Below, piece after piece: positions 25,364-35,226 of a DNA stretch of 64,000 nt. The notes below the pieces were generated by a model, which saw only the letters and a list, made by a program, of their open reading frames with translations, ran no database searches and was not told the DNA's origin. Source of the stretch: Dehalococcoidia bacterium (GTDB taxonomy: Bacteria > Chloroflexota > Dehalococcoidia > Lucifugimonadales > UBA3495); contig CBDCUJ010000011.1 in NCBI GenBank assembly GCA_965222595.1, positions 4,838 through 68,837 on the forward strand, in the 5' to 3' direction. How positions within the stretch are numbered: position 1 is the first letter of the stretch; each line of letters begins with the position of its first letter. Made by a program: the position numbers and the translations under genes.

Positions 25364-25990
25364 ATGCTCCAAGGGTTCCTAGGCAAGAAAATTGGAATGA
25401 GCCAGATCTTCTCGGAACGCGGCATCGTTGTTCCTGTCACGCTGATCGAGGCCGGGCCCTGCATCGTGACCCAAGTCAAGACCAAGGACACCGACGGCTA
25501 CGAAGCGGTCCAACTGGGATTCGACGAGGTCAAGAGGCGCAACAAGCCGATGAGCGGCCATTTCCGGGCCAGCCGCCCCAGCCGCTATTTGCGGGAGGTG
25601 GTGGCCGACGACCCGGCCGAGTTCTCGGTGGGACAGCGGGTCGGCGTGGATATTTTCGAGGCCGGCGAGAAAATCGACGTCATTGGGCGTTCCAAGGGCC
25701 GCGGTTTCGCGGGCGGTATGAAACGCCATGGTTTTGCAGGCGGCCCCCGTACCCACGGGCAATCCGACCGGGCGCGGGCGCCGGGCTCCATCGGTGGCGG
25801 CACCACGCCGGGGAAAGTGTTCAAGGGCACCAAGATGGCCGGTCACATGGGCAACCGCCGGATAACCGTAAAGGGACTCGAAGTGGTGGCGGTCGACTCC
25901 GATCGCAACATCCTGATGGTCAAGGGGGGCGTGCCGGGCGCCCCGAACAGCCTCCTCCAGATTCGGCGCGCCGGCGCCAAGGTCCGCTAA
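25364..25990 (+). CDS. rplC: 50S ribosomal protein L3
   Basis: MLQGFLGKKIGMSQIF...GKGFAGGMKRHGF. Confidence 0.95.
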   Translation: MLQGFLGKKIGMSQIFSERGIVVPVTLIEAGPCIVTQVKTKDTDGYEAVQLGFDEVKRRNKPMSGHFRASRPSRYLREVVADDPAEFSVGQRVGVDIFEAGEKIDVIGRSKGRGFAGGMKRHGFAGGPRTHGQSDRARAPGSIGGGTTPGKVFKGTKMAGHMGNRRITVKGLEVVAVDSDRNILMVKGGVPGAPNSLLQIRRAGAKVR

Positions 25991-25995
25991 TAGCT

Positions 25996-26955
25996 ATGCA
26001 AGTCGCAGTGAAGAACCAGTCCGGGGAGACCGTGGAGAGCATCGAGCTCAACGACGCCGTTTTTGGGGTGCCGATGAACCCGACGCTGGTCCATCAGGCC
26101 ATGGTCATCTACCAAGGCAACAAACGGCACGGCACCCACGACACCAAGACCAGGGCCCAGGTCTCGGGCGGCGGCAGGAAGCCGTGGATTCAAAAACACA
26201 CTGGCCGCGCCCGCCAGGGGAGTACCCGGGCACCCCAGTGGCGCCACGGCGGCATCGTCTTCGGCCCGCACCCCAGAAGCTACCGGCGGGACCTGCCGCG
26301 GCGCATGCGCAGGTTGGCCGTTCGGTGTGTCCTGTCCGACAAAGCAAGGCAGGGCAAGCTGATCTGCCTGGACGCCACGGACACCGTTGACGGCAAGACC
26401 CGCTCCATCGCGGATTTGCTCCAGACCCTGGGAGTCTCCACATCGGTCCTGATGGTGACCAGGGAGTCCGACCGGAATGTAGTGCGCGCGGCCCACAACC
26501 TGAAGAAGGTCTGGACTCTTCCGGTCAATCAACTCAATGCGGCGGAGCTGCTGTCGCGGGAGGCCGTCGTCATGACGGTCGATGCCGCCAGGTTTGCGGA
26601 AGAAGCCTTCGCTATCGAACCTCACGGCCGTCGCGGCCGCAAGTTCGCTGCCTCCGGGGAACTGGCTGTCGAAGCAGAGCTTGACGCCCCGGCAGAGCTT
26701 GAAGCGGCAGATGAGGAAGTCCCGGTCGAAGAAACTCTGGCAGAGGAGACACCGGCCGACGAAGAACACGCCGACCCTGCTCCCGAAGCCTCGGCTTCGG
26801 AACAACCGGCAAGTCGGACCCCCAGTCGCAGCGAAGCTGCGGCCGCCGCTGAGGAAGCCACGGCGGAAGTGTCCGCCGAAGGGGTAGACGACGGAACTCC
26901 CGGGCCCGACCAGGCGGAAACCGCCGCCAACGGGGACGGGCAGGAGGAAGGGTAG
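25996..26955 (+). CDS. rplD: 50S ribosomal protein L4 with a ~110-aa acidic low-complexity C-terminal extension
   Basis: GGGRKPWIQKHTGRARQGSTRAPQWRHGG core. 319 aa versus ~200 aa typical. Confidence 0.93.
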   Translation: MQVAVKNQSGETVESIELNDAVFGVPMNPTLVHQAMVIYQGNKRHGTHDTKTRAQVSGGGRKPWIQKHTGRARQGSTRAPQWRHGGIVFGPHPRSYRRDLPRRMRRLAVRCVLSDKARQGKLICLDATDTVDGKTRSIADLLQTLGVSTSVLMVTRESDRNVVRAAHNLKKVWTLPVNQLNAAELLSREAVVMTVDAARFAEEAFAIEPHGRRGRKFAASGELAVEAELDAPAELEAADEEVPVEETLAEETPADEEHADPAPEASASEQPASRTPSRSEAAAAAEEATAEVSAEGVDDGTPGPDQAETAANGDGQEEG

Positions 26956-27240
26956 ATGGACATCCACAGGGTATTGGTCAAGCCGACCATCACCGAGAAA
27001 AGCACCCTCCTTCAAGAAACCGGCAAGTATACCTTTGAGGTCGCGCCCCGGGCCAATAAGGTTGAGATCAAAGAAGCCGTGCAACGGAATTTCGGGGTCA
27101 AGGTGTTGGACGTCAACATCACGAAGCTACGGGGTAAGAAGAAACGTTACGGCCCTCGGTCGGTCAAACAGCCAGACATCAAGAAGGCGGTCGTCACGCT
27201 GCAGTCGGGCGACCGTATCAATATCATCGAGGGGCTGTAG
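26956..27240 (+). CDS. rplW: 50S ribosomal protein L23
   Basis: MDIHRVLVKPTITEKST...FEV...NKVEIKEAV. Confidence 0.93.
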   Translation: MDIHRVLVKPTITEKSTLLQETGKYTFEVAPRANKVEIKEAVQRNFGVKVLDVNITKLRGKKKRYGPRSVKQPDIKKAVVTLQSGDRINIIEGL

Positions 27241-27249
27241 GGTGCGCGG

Positions 27250-28083
27250 ATGCCGTTAAAGAACCTGAGACCAATCACGCCGGGAACCCGGAATGCGGTG
27301 CGTCCTTCTTTCGAGGAGCTCACGGCCACCAAACCGGAGAAGTCCCTCATCTCCCGCAAGCAGAACCATGCGGGCCGGAACAACCGGGGACGCGTCACGG
27401 CCCAGGGCCGCGGCGGCGGTTCCCGACGGATGTACCGCCAGGTCGACTTCAAACGCCTCAAAGACGGCGTGCCGGCGCGGGTCAAGTCCATCGAGTACGA
27501 CCCCAACCGCACCACCAGAATCGCCCTCATCGCCTATGTCGACGGGGAGAAGAGCTACATACTGGCTCCGGTTGGGCTCTCGGTAGGCGACGTGGTGCAA
27601 TCGGGTTCCGGGGCCGAGATCAGCCGGGGCAACGCCCTGCCGCTCCAGAACATTCCGACCGGCACCGTTGTACACAACTTGGAGCTAACCCCGGGACGGG
27701 GCGGACAACTGGTCCGCGGGGCCGGTACCGGGGCCCAGGTCCTCTCTCGGGAGGGGGAGTACGTTCTCATACGCCTGCCGTCGGGAGAGATGCGGCGTGT
27801 ATTGCTGCGATGCCGGGCGAGCATCGGCCAGCTCTCCAACCCGGACCACAAGAACGAGAGCCTCGGAAAGGCCGGGGCTTCCCGCCATTTGGGGCGTCGT
27901 CCCCATGTTAGAGGCGTCGCCAAGAACCCAGTGGACCACCCGCACGGCGGAGGCGAAGGACGCTCACCTATCGGGATGCCGGGCCCCAAGTCTCCCACGG
28001 GCAAACCGACGTTGGGATACAAAACCCGGAACAAGAAGAAGGCATCCAGCAAGTTCATTGTTCGCAGAGGTCGGAGACGATAG
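27250..28083 (+). CDS. rplB: 50S ribosomal protein L2
   Basis: GRNNRGRVT...IEYDPNRT...HPHGGGEGR. Confidence 0.96.
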   Translation: MPLKNLRPITPGTRNAVRPSFEELTATKPEKSLISRKQNHAGRNNRGRVTAQGRGGGSRRMYRQVDFKRLKDGVPARVKSIEYDPNRTTRIALIAYVDGEKSYILAPVGLSVGDVVQSGSGAEISRGNALPLQNIPTGTVVHNLELTPGRGGQLVRGAGTGAQVLSREGEYVLIRLPSGEMRRVLLRCRASIGQLSNPDHKNESLGKAGASRHLGRRPHVRGVAKNPVDHPHGGGEGRSPIGMPGPKSPTGKPTLGYKTRNKKKASSKFIVRRGRRR

Positions 28084-28084
28084 A

Positions 28085-28369
28085 ATGTCCCGCTCGGTCA
28101 AAAAAGGACCATACGTTCATCCAAAGCTGATGAAGAAGGTAGAGGCGTTGCAACGCACCGGGGCCAACACGGTGATCCGAACTTGGGCCCGCGCCTCGAT
28201 GATCATGCCTGAGATGGTTGGACTAACCATCGGTGTACACGATGGACGGCGGCATGTGCCGGTGTTCATAACTGAAAACATGGTGGGACATCGCCTTGGA
28301 GAGTTCTCTCCGACCCGCACTTACCGCGGGCACGTATCCAGGTCGGAACGCTCCAGCCGGGTGAGGTAA
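28085..28369 (+). CDS. rpsS: 30S ribosomal protein S19
   Basis: [11 protein letters not shown]...[14 protein letters not shown]...[11 protein letters not shown]. Start set to ATG 28085 inside the longer track ORF 27797-28369. Confidence 0.94.
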   Translation: MSRSVKKGPYVHPKLMKKVEALQRTGANTVIRTWARASMIMPEMVGLTIGVHDGRRHVPVFITENMVGHRLGEFSPTRTYRGHVSRSERSSRVR

Positions 28370-28374
28370 TCAAG

Positions 28375-28716
28375 GTGCCGCCAGTAAGAGCAGTAGCCAA
28401 AAAACTGGGAGCGTCCCATAAGAGACTGAAACCAATTATTGACCTGGTGCGGGGACAGATGGTGGATGACGCCCTGAACACACTGCGCCTTCTGCCTTCA
28501 CCTTGGGCCAAGTCTATCGCCAAGGTGGTGCAGTCGGCGGCCGCCAACGCGGAAAACAATATGCTGATGGACCGGGACAACCTGCGCATCGTGCAGATAT
28601 CAGCCGACAATGCGACGCCGTTGAAGCGGTTCCGGCCCCGGGCGCGTGGCCGCATGGGCCGCATCACCAAACGGTCCAGCCACGTTCTTGTGGTAGTGGA
28701 CGAAGACGAGAGATAG
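28375..28716 (+). CDS. rplV: 50S ribosomal protein L22
   Basis: AKKLGASHKRLKPIIDLVRG...RPRARGRMGRITKRSSH. Confidence 0.94.
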   Translation: MPPVRAVAKKLGASHKRLKPIIDLVRGQMVDDALNTLRLLPSPWAKSIAKVVQSAAANAENNMLMDRDNLRIVQISADNATPLKRFRPRARGRMGRITKRSSHVLVVVDEDER

Positions 28717-28725
28717 GAGACAGGA

Positions 28726-29466
28726 ATGGGCCACAAGACCCACCCTTACGGGTTCCGCTTGGGGATCATTAAAGACTGGAAAGCTCATTGGTTCGCTCGT
28801 AATAGTTCGTCCTATCGCGTGCTGGTCTCTGAAGACCTTAGCCTGCGGAACAGCATTAGAGACGAATACAGGTCGTTTGCCGATGCCGGCATCGCCCGGG
28901 TCGAGATTGACCGCGGCGCCCAGGACAGCGTGATCAACATCCACTCCGCCCGGCCCGGGATCCTCATCGGACGGGACGGGGAACGGGTCAAGTCCCTTCG
29001 GAGCAAGCTTGAGGCCATTACCAAGAGCCGGGTGCAACTGAACATCCTTGAGATAGAGCAACCCGAAATCAATGCCTACCTCGTGGGCCGAAATGTGGCG
29101 GACCAGTTGGAACGCCGGGTGGCGTACCGGCGGGCAATGCGACAGGCGGCCCAACGGGCCATGCAAGCCGGCGCTCAAGGCATCAAGATCATCGTCAAAG
29201 GCAGGATTTCGGGGTCGGAAATCGCCAGAGTCGAAAAGTTGATGATGGGCCAGGTGCCCCTGCACACCCTTCGTGCCGACATCGACTATTCCTTGGCAGA
29301 GGCCCACACCGTTATGGGACGGGTGGGTGTTAAAGTCTGGGTGTACAACGGCGAGATTATGCCGGCCCGGGCGGAAGAGGTCGAGGAGCTGGAGAATATC
29401 GAGGTGACGGTCCAAGCGGGAGAGCCCGACGAAGCGTTGGCGCTCTTGGAGCTGGAAGAGAATTAG
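28726..29466 (+). CDS. rpsC: 30S ribosomal protein S3
   Basis: MGHKTHPYGFRLGI...KH and S3-C domains. Acidic C-terminal tail. Confidence 0.95.
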   Translation: MGHKTHPYGFRLGIIKDWKAHWFARNSSSYRVLVSEDLSLRNSIRDEYRSFADAGIARVEIDRGAQDSVINIHSARPGILIGRDGERVKSLRSKLEAITKSRVQLNILEIEQPEINAYLVGRNVADQLERRVAYRRAMRQAAQRAMQAGAQGIKIIVKGRISGSEIARVEKLMMGQVPLHTLRADIDYSLAEAHTVMGRVGVKVWVYNGEIMPARAEEVEELENIEVTVQAGEPDEALALLELEEN

Positions 29467-29531
29467 GCCCATAGCCTGGGCTGGTATCAAGATAACCGTG
29501 AGCGCGGTTATCACCTGAGCGGAGTTATCAA

Positions 29532-29978
29532 ATGCTGCAACCGAAACGCACGAAGTATCGAAAACAGTTCCGGGGTAAGATGCGGGGCGCCGCCACCTCG
29601 GGCAACGTGGTCACTTTCGGCGAGGTCGGAATGAAGGCCATGGAGCCTTCCTGGATTACCGCCCGGCAGATTGAAGCGGCCCGTGTCGCGGTGACCCGCC
29701 ACCTGAAGCGCGGCGGCCAGGTATGGGTCCGGCTGTTCCCCGATAAATCGGTCAGCAAAAAAGCCGCCGAGACCCGCATGGGCGGGGGTAAAGCGGCTGT
29801 GGATTACTGGGTGGCCGTGGTGAAGCCCGGGCGTGTTATGTTCGAGGTCGCCGGAGTCCCCCAGGAGGAAGCCGTGGAGGCCTTGCGGCTGGCCTCCCAG
29901 AAGCTCCCCATCCAGACCAAGACGGTATTCCGAGACCGGCTGGCAGCGGCCGCCGGCAGCGGCATCATGGCGGCATAG
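29532..29978 (+). CDS. rplP: 50S ribosomal protein L16
   Basis: [19 protein letters not shown]. Confidence 0.95.
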   Translation: MLQPKRTKYRKQFRGKMRGAATSGNVVTFGEVGMKAMEPSWITARQIEAARVAVTRHLKRGGQVWVRLFPDKSVSKKAAETRMGGGKAAVDYWVAVVKPGRVMFEVAGVPQEEAVEALRLASQKLPIQTKTVFRDRLAAAAGSGIMAA

Positions 29979-29988
29979 GAGTTTCCCG

Positions 29989-30192
29989 GTGCGGATCCAC
30001 GAAGTTAGAGAATTGACCGACGAGCAGTTGGCGGAAGAGTTAACCCGGTCCAACCGCGAGTTGATGAACCTGCGTTTTCGGGCGGCGACCAACCAGTTGC
30101 CCAACACCAACGAGCCGGGGTCGGTCCGTAAGACGATCGCCCGCCTGCGGACCGTGATCCGGGAGCGCGAGATGCTGGAGGAGGCTGGTTAG
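29989..30192 (+). CDS. rpmC: 50S ribosomal protein L29
   Basis: GTG start at 29989 with AGGAG 7 nt upstream. ...ELTDEQLAEELTRSNRELMNLRFRAATNQL. The track ORF 29833-30192 is an upstream over-extension. Confidence 0.88.
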   Translation: MRIHEVRELTDEQLAEELTRSNRELMNLRFRAATNQLPNTNEPGSVRKTIARLRTVIREREMLEEAG

Positions 30193-30620
30193 TGGCGAAG
30201 GCGATGCGCAAAGTCCGTACCGGATCGGTGGTGCGGACCAAGCAGGACAAGACTGCGGTGGTGGAGATGGTCTGGAAGCAACGCCACCGGCTGTACCGTA
30301 AGCAGGTGCGCCGCGTCGCCCGTTTCTACGTGCACGACCCCGAGAATCAATGCCTTCTGGGTGACGTGGTGCGCATTCAGGAAACCCGGCCGATCTCCAA
30401 AAACAAGCACTGGCGCCTGTTGGAGATCGTGACCCGGCGAGAGGTCGCCCAGGTCAGGCCCATCGACCTTGAAACGGACGTTGAGCCGGTTCTCGGCTCT
30501 CGCCCCTATGCTTCGGAAGAGGATGAACTGGCGGAACTCGAAGAGGCTCTGGCCGAACTCGACGACCAGGCGGACGAAGACTTGAACGGCGAAGACGCCG
30601 GGGGCGAAAAAGACGAATGA
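30192..30620 (+). CDS. rpsQ: 30S ribosomal protein S17 with a ~55-aa acidic C-terminal extension
   Basis: [18 protein letters not shown]...[31 protein letters not shown]. 142 aa versus ~85 aa typical. Confidence 0.92.
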   Translation: MAKAMRKVRTGSVVRTKQDKTAVVEMVWKQRHRLYRKQVRRVARFYVHDPENQCLLGDVVRIQETRPISKNKHWRLLEIVTRREVAQVRPIDLETDVEPVLGSRPYASEEDELAELEEALAELDDQADEDLNGEDAGGEKDE

Positions 30621-30985
30621 TTCAGACTTACACCAGGCTCACGGTAGCGGATAACAGCGGGGCAAAGGTTATCCGCTTGATCAATATCCCCGGCAGCGGA
30701 AAGCGCAAGTTCGCCAGCTTGGGCGACGTGGTAGTCTGCAATGTGCGGGAAGCGGCCCCCAACTCGCCGGTGCGCAAGGGCGAGGTTGTGCGTGCGGTGG
30801 TTATTCGCCAGGCCCAAGGCCTTCGACGCCCCGACGGTACTTACATCAAGTTCGACGATAACGCGGCTGTCCTCATCGGGGACAACCAATTGCCCCGGGG
30901 GACCCGTATATTCGGGCCGGTGGCGCGGGAGTTGCGAGACCGGGGTTTCATGCGCATCGTGTCCTTGGCGCCGGAGGTGGTGTAA
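30617..30985 (+). CDS. rplN: 50S ribosomal protein L14
   Basis: [17 protein letters not shown]. Confidence 0.96.
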   Translation: MIQTYTRLTVADNSGAKVIRLINIPGSGKRKFASLGDVVVCNVREAAPNSPVRKGEVVRAVVIRQAQGLRRPDGTYIKFDDNAAVLIGDNQLPRGTRIFGPVARELRDRGFMRIVSLAPEVV

Positions 30986-31305
30986 TGCGTATTCGTACCG
31001 GCGACACGGTGCTGGTAATCGCCGGCAAGGAAAAGGGCAAGACTGGCCGCGTGGAACGGCAGTCCCCGGAAAACGACCGGATTGTTATCGAGGGCGTCAA
31101 CATCGTCACCCGCCACATGAAGGGCCGGCCCGGTGTGAGACAGTCCGGCAGGATCCAGAAGGAGGCCCCGGTCCACGCTTCCAACGTGGTCCTAATTTGC
31201 AATAAGTGCAATCGGCCCACCAAGCCCCGAACCAATTTCTTGGATACCGGGGCCCGGGTACGAAGTTGCACCAAGTGTCAGGAAGTAATCGACGATGCTC
31301 GATGA
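30985..31305 (+). CDS. rplX: 50S ribosomal protein L24
   Basis: [21 protein letters not shown] (KOW motif). Confidence 0.94.
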   Translation: MRIRTGDTVLVIAGKEKGKTGRVERQSPENDRIVIEGVNIVTRHMKGRPGVRQSGRIQKEAPVHASNVVLICNKCNRPTKPRTNFLDTGARVRSCTKCQEVIDDAR

Positions 31306-32029
31306 AGAAACTCAGCAACCGGAAAACAGTCCGGAAGCCCAGCCGGCAGCCGCCAACGGGGCTGCCCCCGAATCGGATGGCGCCGGTGGAGCTACGCCCA
31401 GGCGGTCTCGTCGCCAACGAACGGGCCGGCAGGAAGGCGGAGGCGGGGTCGCTGTGGCCGACGCCCCGACGGAGCCTGCTAAAGCCCCCCGGTTGCTGGA
31501 GCAGTACCGAACGGAGATCGTACCTGCCATGATGCGGGAGTTCGGCTACTCCAATCCGATGGAGGTGCCGCGGCTCCAGAAAATCGTGCTCAACATCGGC
31601 CTTGGCGAAGCCTTGGTCAACGGCCGGGCTATGGAGGCCGCAACCCAGGACCTCACCACCATCAGCGGTCAGAAACCCGTCACCACGCGGGCTCGCAAGT
31701 CCATCGCCGGATTCAAGATACGCCAAGGCAACGCCATCGGGACCGCAGTCACCCTGCGGGGTGCCCGCATGTACCATTTCCTGGACCGGTTGGTGAACAC
31801 TGCGCTGCCCCGGATACGTGACTTCCGGGGGATACCCCGACGCGGGCTGGACGGCCGCGGCAACTTCTCTATCGGTATTCGGGAGCAGATTATCTTCCCG
31901 GAGATCGACTACAATCAGATCGACCGGATTCGAGGCCTCCAGGTGACCGTCGCCACCACCGCGAAGAACGACGCGGAGGCGCTGCGTCTCCTGGAACTCT
32001 ACGGCTTCCCCTTCGTTAGAGAAGCGTAA
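31295..32029 (+). CDS. rplE: 50S ribosomal protein L5 (start uncertain; possible ~55-aa N-terminal extension)
   Basis: [41 protein letters not shown] core. ATG 31295 overlaps the rplX end. Alternative GTG 31454 has GGAGG upstream. Confidence 0.9.
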   Translation: MLDEETQQPENSPEAQPAAANGAAPESDGAGGATPRRSRRQRTGRQEGGGGVAVADAPTEPAKAPRLLEQYRTEIVPAMMREFGYSNPMEVPRLQKIVLNIGLGEALVNGRAMEAATQDLTTISGQKPVTTRARKSIAGFKIRQGNAIGTAVTLRGARMYHFLDRLVNTALPRIRDFRGIPRRGLDGRGNFSIGIREQIIFPEIDYNQIDRIRGLQVTVATTAKNDAEALRLLELYGFPFVREA

Positions 32030-32051
32030 CCGAGGCTTAGCGGAGGCTCAT

Positions 32052-32237
32052 TTGGCCAAGACGTCCCTGATCCAAAAATGGCTTAAAAAACCCAAATACC
32101 CGGGGCGGGCCTACAACCGGTGTGGACGATGCTACCGGGCACGGGCCTATATCCGTCACGCCGGACTCTGCCGCATCTGCTTCCGGGAGTTGGCCCTTAC
32201 CGGTGAACTTCCCGGGGTACGGAAGGCTAGCCTTTAG
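32052..32237 (+). CDS. rpsN: 30S ribosomal protein S14, zinc-binding type Z
   Basis: 61 aa. CGRC...CRIC cysteine pairs. TTG start. Confidence 0.9.
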   Translation: MAKTSLIQKWLKKPKYPGRAYNRCGRCYRARAYIRHAGLCRICFRELALTGELPGVRKASL

Positions 32238-32276
32238 CCAGCCGCCGTGGCCGGACTTTAAGGAGAATTAACGAAA

Positions 32277-32675
32277 ATGCCGGTGACCGACCCCATCGCC
32301 GATATGCTGACACGTATTCGTAATGCCATACAGGTACGGCACGAATCGGTGATGATGCCGCATTCCAAGATGAAATTGGCTATCGCCCGAATCCTGAAAG
32401 AGGAAGGGTTCATTCGGGACTACGACATGCCCAGGGGACAGGCCCACCCAACCCTGAGGCTCCACTTGACCTACCGGGAAGGCCGGCAACCGGCCATCGC
32501 CGGACTCAAACGCATAAGCAAGCCCGGCCTCCGGGTGTACGTGGGCAAGGGAGAGATTCCCCGGGTCTACGGTGGCTTGGGACTGGCCATCGTGTCTACC
32601 TCCAGGGGAGTGATGGCCGGCCGACAGGCTTGGCGCGGCGGAATCGGAGGGGAGTTGCTCTGTTATGTCTGGTAG
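32277..32675 (+). CDS. rpsH: 30S ribosomal protein S8
   Basis: [17 protein letters not shown]. Confidence 0.95.
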   Translation: MPVTDPIADMLTRIRNAIQVRHESVMMPHSKMKLAIARILKEEGFIRDYDMPRGQAHPTLRLHLTYREGRQPAIAGLKRISKPGLRVYVGKGEIPRVYGGLGLAIVSTSRGVMAGRQAWRGGIGGELLCYVW

Positions 32676-33255
32676 CACGACGGTGAATGAAGGCAATCAG
32701 GGCCGTACCCTTTCCCGTATCGGCCGCAAGGTGATCCCGCTGCCCGGCGGCGTGTCGGTGGAAGTCGGGTATGGGGAGGTGACGGTCACGGGCCCCCGGG
32801 GAGCAATCACCCAGACCTATCACCCGGACGTGATCGTGAAGGTGGATGATGGCGTTGTTGTAGTGGAACGGCTGTCGGAACGCAAGTTCCACCATGCGCT
32901 GCACGGGCTGACCCGCAGCTTGATCGCCAACGCGGTGACCGGCGTGACCGACGGCTACACCCGCACCCTGGAATTGATGGGAGTTGGGTACCGGGCCCAA
33001 GCGGCCGGCGACGGAGTGATTCTGAACGTTGGCTACAGCCACCCCGTGGAAATCCACCCCGAGGAGGGAGTGACCATGGAGGTGGAAGGCAACAACCGCG
33101 TCCACGTCCGTGGCATCGACAAGCAGAAAGTGGGCGCCCTCGCCGCCAAGGTTAGAAAGGCCCGCAGGCCCAGCGCCTACACCATGAAGGGCATACGGTA
33201 TTCAGACGAAGTAATACGATTGAAACCGGGCAAGGCGGCCGCCCGCAAGGCCTAA
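32665..33255 (+). CDS. rplF: 50S ribosomal protein L6
   Basis: [15 protein letters not shown] preceded by a ~16-aa N-terminal extension. Confidence 0.93.
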   Translation: MSGSTTVNEGNQGRTLSRIGRKVIPLPGGVSVEVGYGEVTVTGPRGAITQTYHPDVIVKVDDGVVVVERLSERKFHHALHGLTRSLIANAVTGVTDGYTRTLELMGVGYRAQAAGDGVILNVGYSHPVEIHPEEGVTMEVEGNNRVHVRGIDKQKVGALAAKVRKARRPSAYTMKGIRYSDEVIRLKPGKAAARKA

Positions 33256-33291
33256 CGACCCAGATTCGAAGCCGTCGGTACAGAGACGCAT

Positions 33292-33663
33292 ATGCCGAAA
33301 GATAAGAACGCCCGATATTTGAGAAAGGTCCGGCAGCAAAGGGTCCGCAAGAAGGTTGCCGGTACACCCGAACGACCCAGGCTCTCGGTGTTCCGGAGCC
33401 TCAGGCACATCTACGCCCAAGTCATCGATGACACGACCGGCCGTACCATAGCCTCCGCTTCCAGCCAGGAGGCGGTGAAAGACGGCGGGGGTGATCCCAT
33501 CGTTCCCAAGACGGTCGTTTCGACCGCCGTCGGGAAAATGCTGGCGGAACGGGCTAAGGCCGAGGGTGTGACGAGAGTTGTATTCGACCGTGGCGGCTGC
33601 AAGTACCACGGCAGGGTGAAGGCGCTGGCCGAAGGCAGCCGCGAGGGCGGCCTGGAGTTCTAG
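33292..33663 (+). CDS. rplR: 50S ribosomal protein L18
   Basis: [20 protein letters not shown]...[26 protein letters not shown]-like end. Confidence 0.94.
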   Translation: MPKDKNARYLRKVRQQRVRKKVAGTPERPRLSVFRSLRHIYAQVIDDTTGRTIASASSQEAVKDGGGDPIVPKTVVSTAVGKMLAERAKAEGVTRVVFDRGGCKYHGRVKALAEGSREGGLEF

Positions 33664-33735
33664 CACCGTCTCTCATAGCGGCCTTACGGCGGGCCGGAAA
33701 GACCAGCCGGTAAAGATTAGGAGGTCCGATCCTTA

Positions 33736-34362
33736 ATGGTACGAGCGCCAAACAGGCCTCGAGGCGGCGGCCCACCAGGGGGACAGCGAGGCGGAGGACC
33801 GCCAGGGGGAGGTCCCCGGGGCGGCGGCCCCGGCCGGGGAGGACAGTTCCGGGACCGGCCACCCCGCGAAGAAGACACGGGAGGTTTCTCCGAGCGGGTG
33901 GTCTTCACCCGCCGCATCGCCAAGGTGGTGAAGGGCGGCAGAAGGCTGCGTTTCAACGCCCTGGTGGTGGTGGGCGACAGTAAGGGTCAGGTCGGCGCCG
34001 GCTTGGGCAAGGCCCTCGTCATTCCCGATGCGGTCCGCAAGGGAAACGCCGTTGCCCGCCGGGAGATGGTGACCATCCCACTGCGGGGCAACACCATACC
34101 CCAGCAGATCATCGTCAAGAAAGGCGCAACCATAATACTGATCAAACCGGCCCGCGAAGGTACCGGCGTCATCGCCGCCGGCGCCATGCGAGCGATATTG
34201 GAACTCGGCGGAGTCAAAGACGTGGTGGGGAAGTCCCTCGGCTCCCGGAACCCCATCAACATTGTCTACGCCACTATCGAGGCCCTTCGACAACTCCGCG
34301 ACCCCGAGGTCGAATTGGCCCGGCGGACCGGAAGGCCCATCGTCGCTGCGGCGGCCGATTAA
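33736..34362 (+). CDS. rpsE: 30S ribosomal protein S5 with a Gly/Pro/Arg-rich N-terminal extension
   Basis: ERVVFTRRIAKVVKGGRRLRFNALVVVGD core. 208 aa. Confidence 0.94.
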   Translation: MVRAPNRPRGGGPPGGQRGGGPPGGGPRGGGPGRGGQFRDRPPREEDTGGFSERVVFTRRIAKVVKGGRRLRFNALVVVGDSKGQVGAGLGKALVIPDAVRKGNAVARREMVTIPLRGNTIPQQIIVKKGATIILIKPAREGTGVIAAGAMRAILELGGVKDVVGKSLGSRNPINIVYATIEALRQLRDPEVELARRTGRPIVAAAAD

Positions 34363-34426
34363 CCGCCGATAGATTCCGGGATATATAACAGGCGCATATT
34401 CACCAGCCGGGGACCGGACGACTTTA

Positions 34427-34606
34427 ATGGCAGAATTGAAAATAACTTGGACCAAGAGCTGTATTGGTAGGCCCAAAAAACAGCGGGAGATCATTCGGTC
34501 CTTGGGCCTGCACCGTTTGCATCACACGGTTGTGCACCAAGACTCGCCGACCATCCAAGGGATGGTCAGGAAGGTCATACACTTGCTCAAGGTGGAACAA
34601 GTCTAG
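34427..34606 (+). CDS. rpmD: 50S ribosomal protein L30
   Basis: Hand-translated 59-aa ORF below the track cutoff: MAELKITWTKSCIGRPKKQREIIRSLGLHRLHHTVVHQDSPTIQGMVRKVIHLLKVEQV. Confidence 0.85.
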   Translation: MAELKITWTKSCIGRPKKQREIIRSLGLHRLHHTVVHQDSPTIQGMVRKVIHLLKVEQV

Positions 34607-34699
34607 CAGGTGCCCGGACGCCGTGGTGACTGGACAGTGGGGTAAGACGCGGTGAGGTGGAGAATCCGTAAAACTCTCAAGTCCGCTGCGGCTATTCGT

Positions 34700-34728
34700 T
34701 TCGCTTTGCTGCTCGCCGCCGATAGAAT
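34700..34728 (+). promoter_or_regulatory. Possible internal promoter in the rpmD-rplO gap
   Basis: TTCGCT (34700-34705), 17 nt spacer, TAGAAT (34723-34728). Weak -35. Confidence 0.2.
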
Positions 34729-34773
34729 CAATCCAGGTACGCGTGACCGCGTATCGTTAATAGGTCGCTTCAT

Positions 34774-35226
34774 ATGATGCAACACCAGATACGCCCATCC
34801 AACGGGGCGAGAAAACGCCGTAAACGAATAGGCCGGGGTGACGCCGCAGGCCAGGGCAGCACCGCCGGACGGGGGATGAAGGGCCAGAAATCCCGCTCTG
34901 GCAAGGGCCTCAAGTTGGGGTTCGAGGGCGGTCAATTGCCCTTGATCAAGGGCCTGCCCATGAAGCGGGGTTTCAACAACATCTTCAAGACCTATTACTC
35001 TCTGGTCAAACTTGAAACCCTGGAGTCATTCGATGCGGGGTCGACGGTTACTCCCCAGTCATTGATGGACCAAGGGTACCTTAGAAATCTCAAGCGGCCG
35101 GTCAAAGTGGTGGGGGACGGTGAGCTGACCAAGCCTCTGACAGTGGTGGCCGACAAGTTCACCCGCTCGGCGCGGGCGAAAATCCAAGCGGCCAATGGGA
35201 CGGTGGAGGAGAACACGGCCCCATGA
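34774..35226 (+). CDS. rplO: 50S ribosomal protein L15
   Basis: RIGRGDAAGQGSTAGRGMKGQKSRSG. Confidence 0.94.
   Translation: MMQHQIRPSNGARKRRKRIGRGDAAGQGSTAGRGMKGQKSRSGKGLKLGFEGGQLPLIKGLPMKRGFNNIFKTYYSLVKLETLESFDAGSTVTPQSLMDQGYLRNLKRPVKVVGDGELTKPLTVVADKFTRSARAKIQAANGTVEENTAP

Noticed and set aside
25987-27084. 365-aa - strand ORF across rplD/rplW
   Set aside because: It is antisense to two ribosomal protein genes inside a tightly packed operon. It is a compositional artefact.
27797-28084. N-terminal 96 codons of the 190-aa track ORF containing S19
   Set aside because: This part overlaps the 3' end of rplB in another frame. Canonical S19 begins at ATG 28085 ([11 protein letters not shown]).
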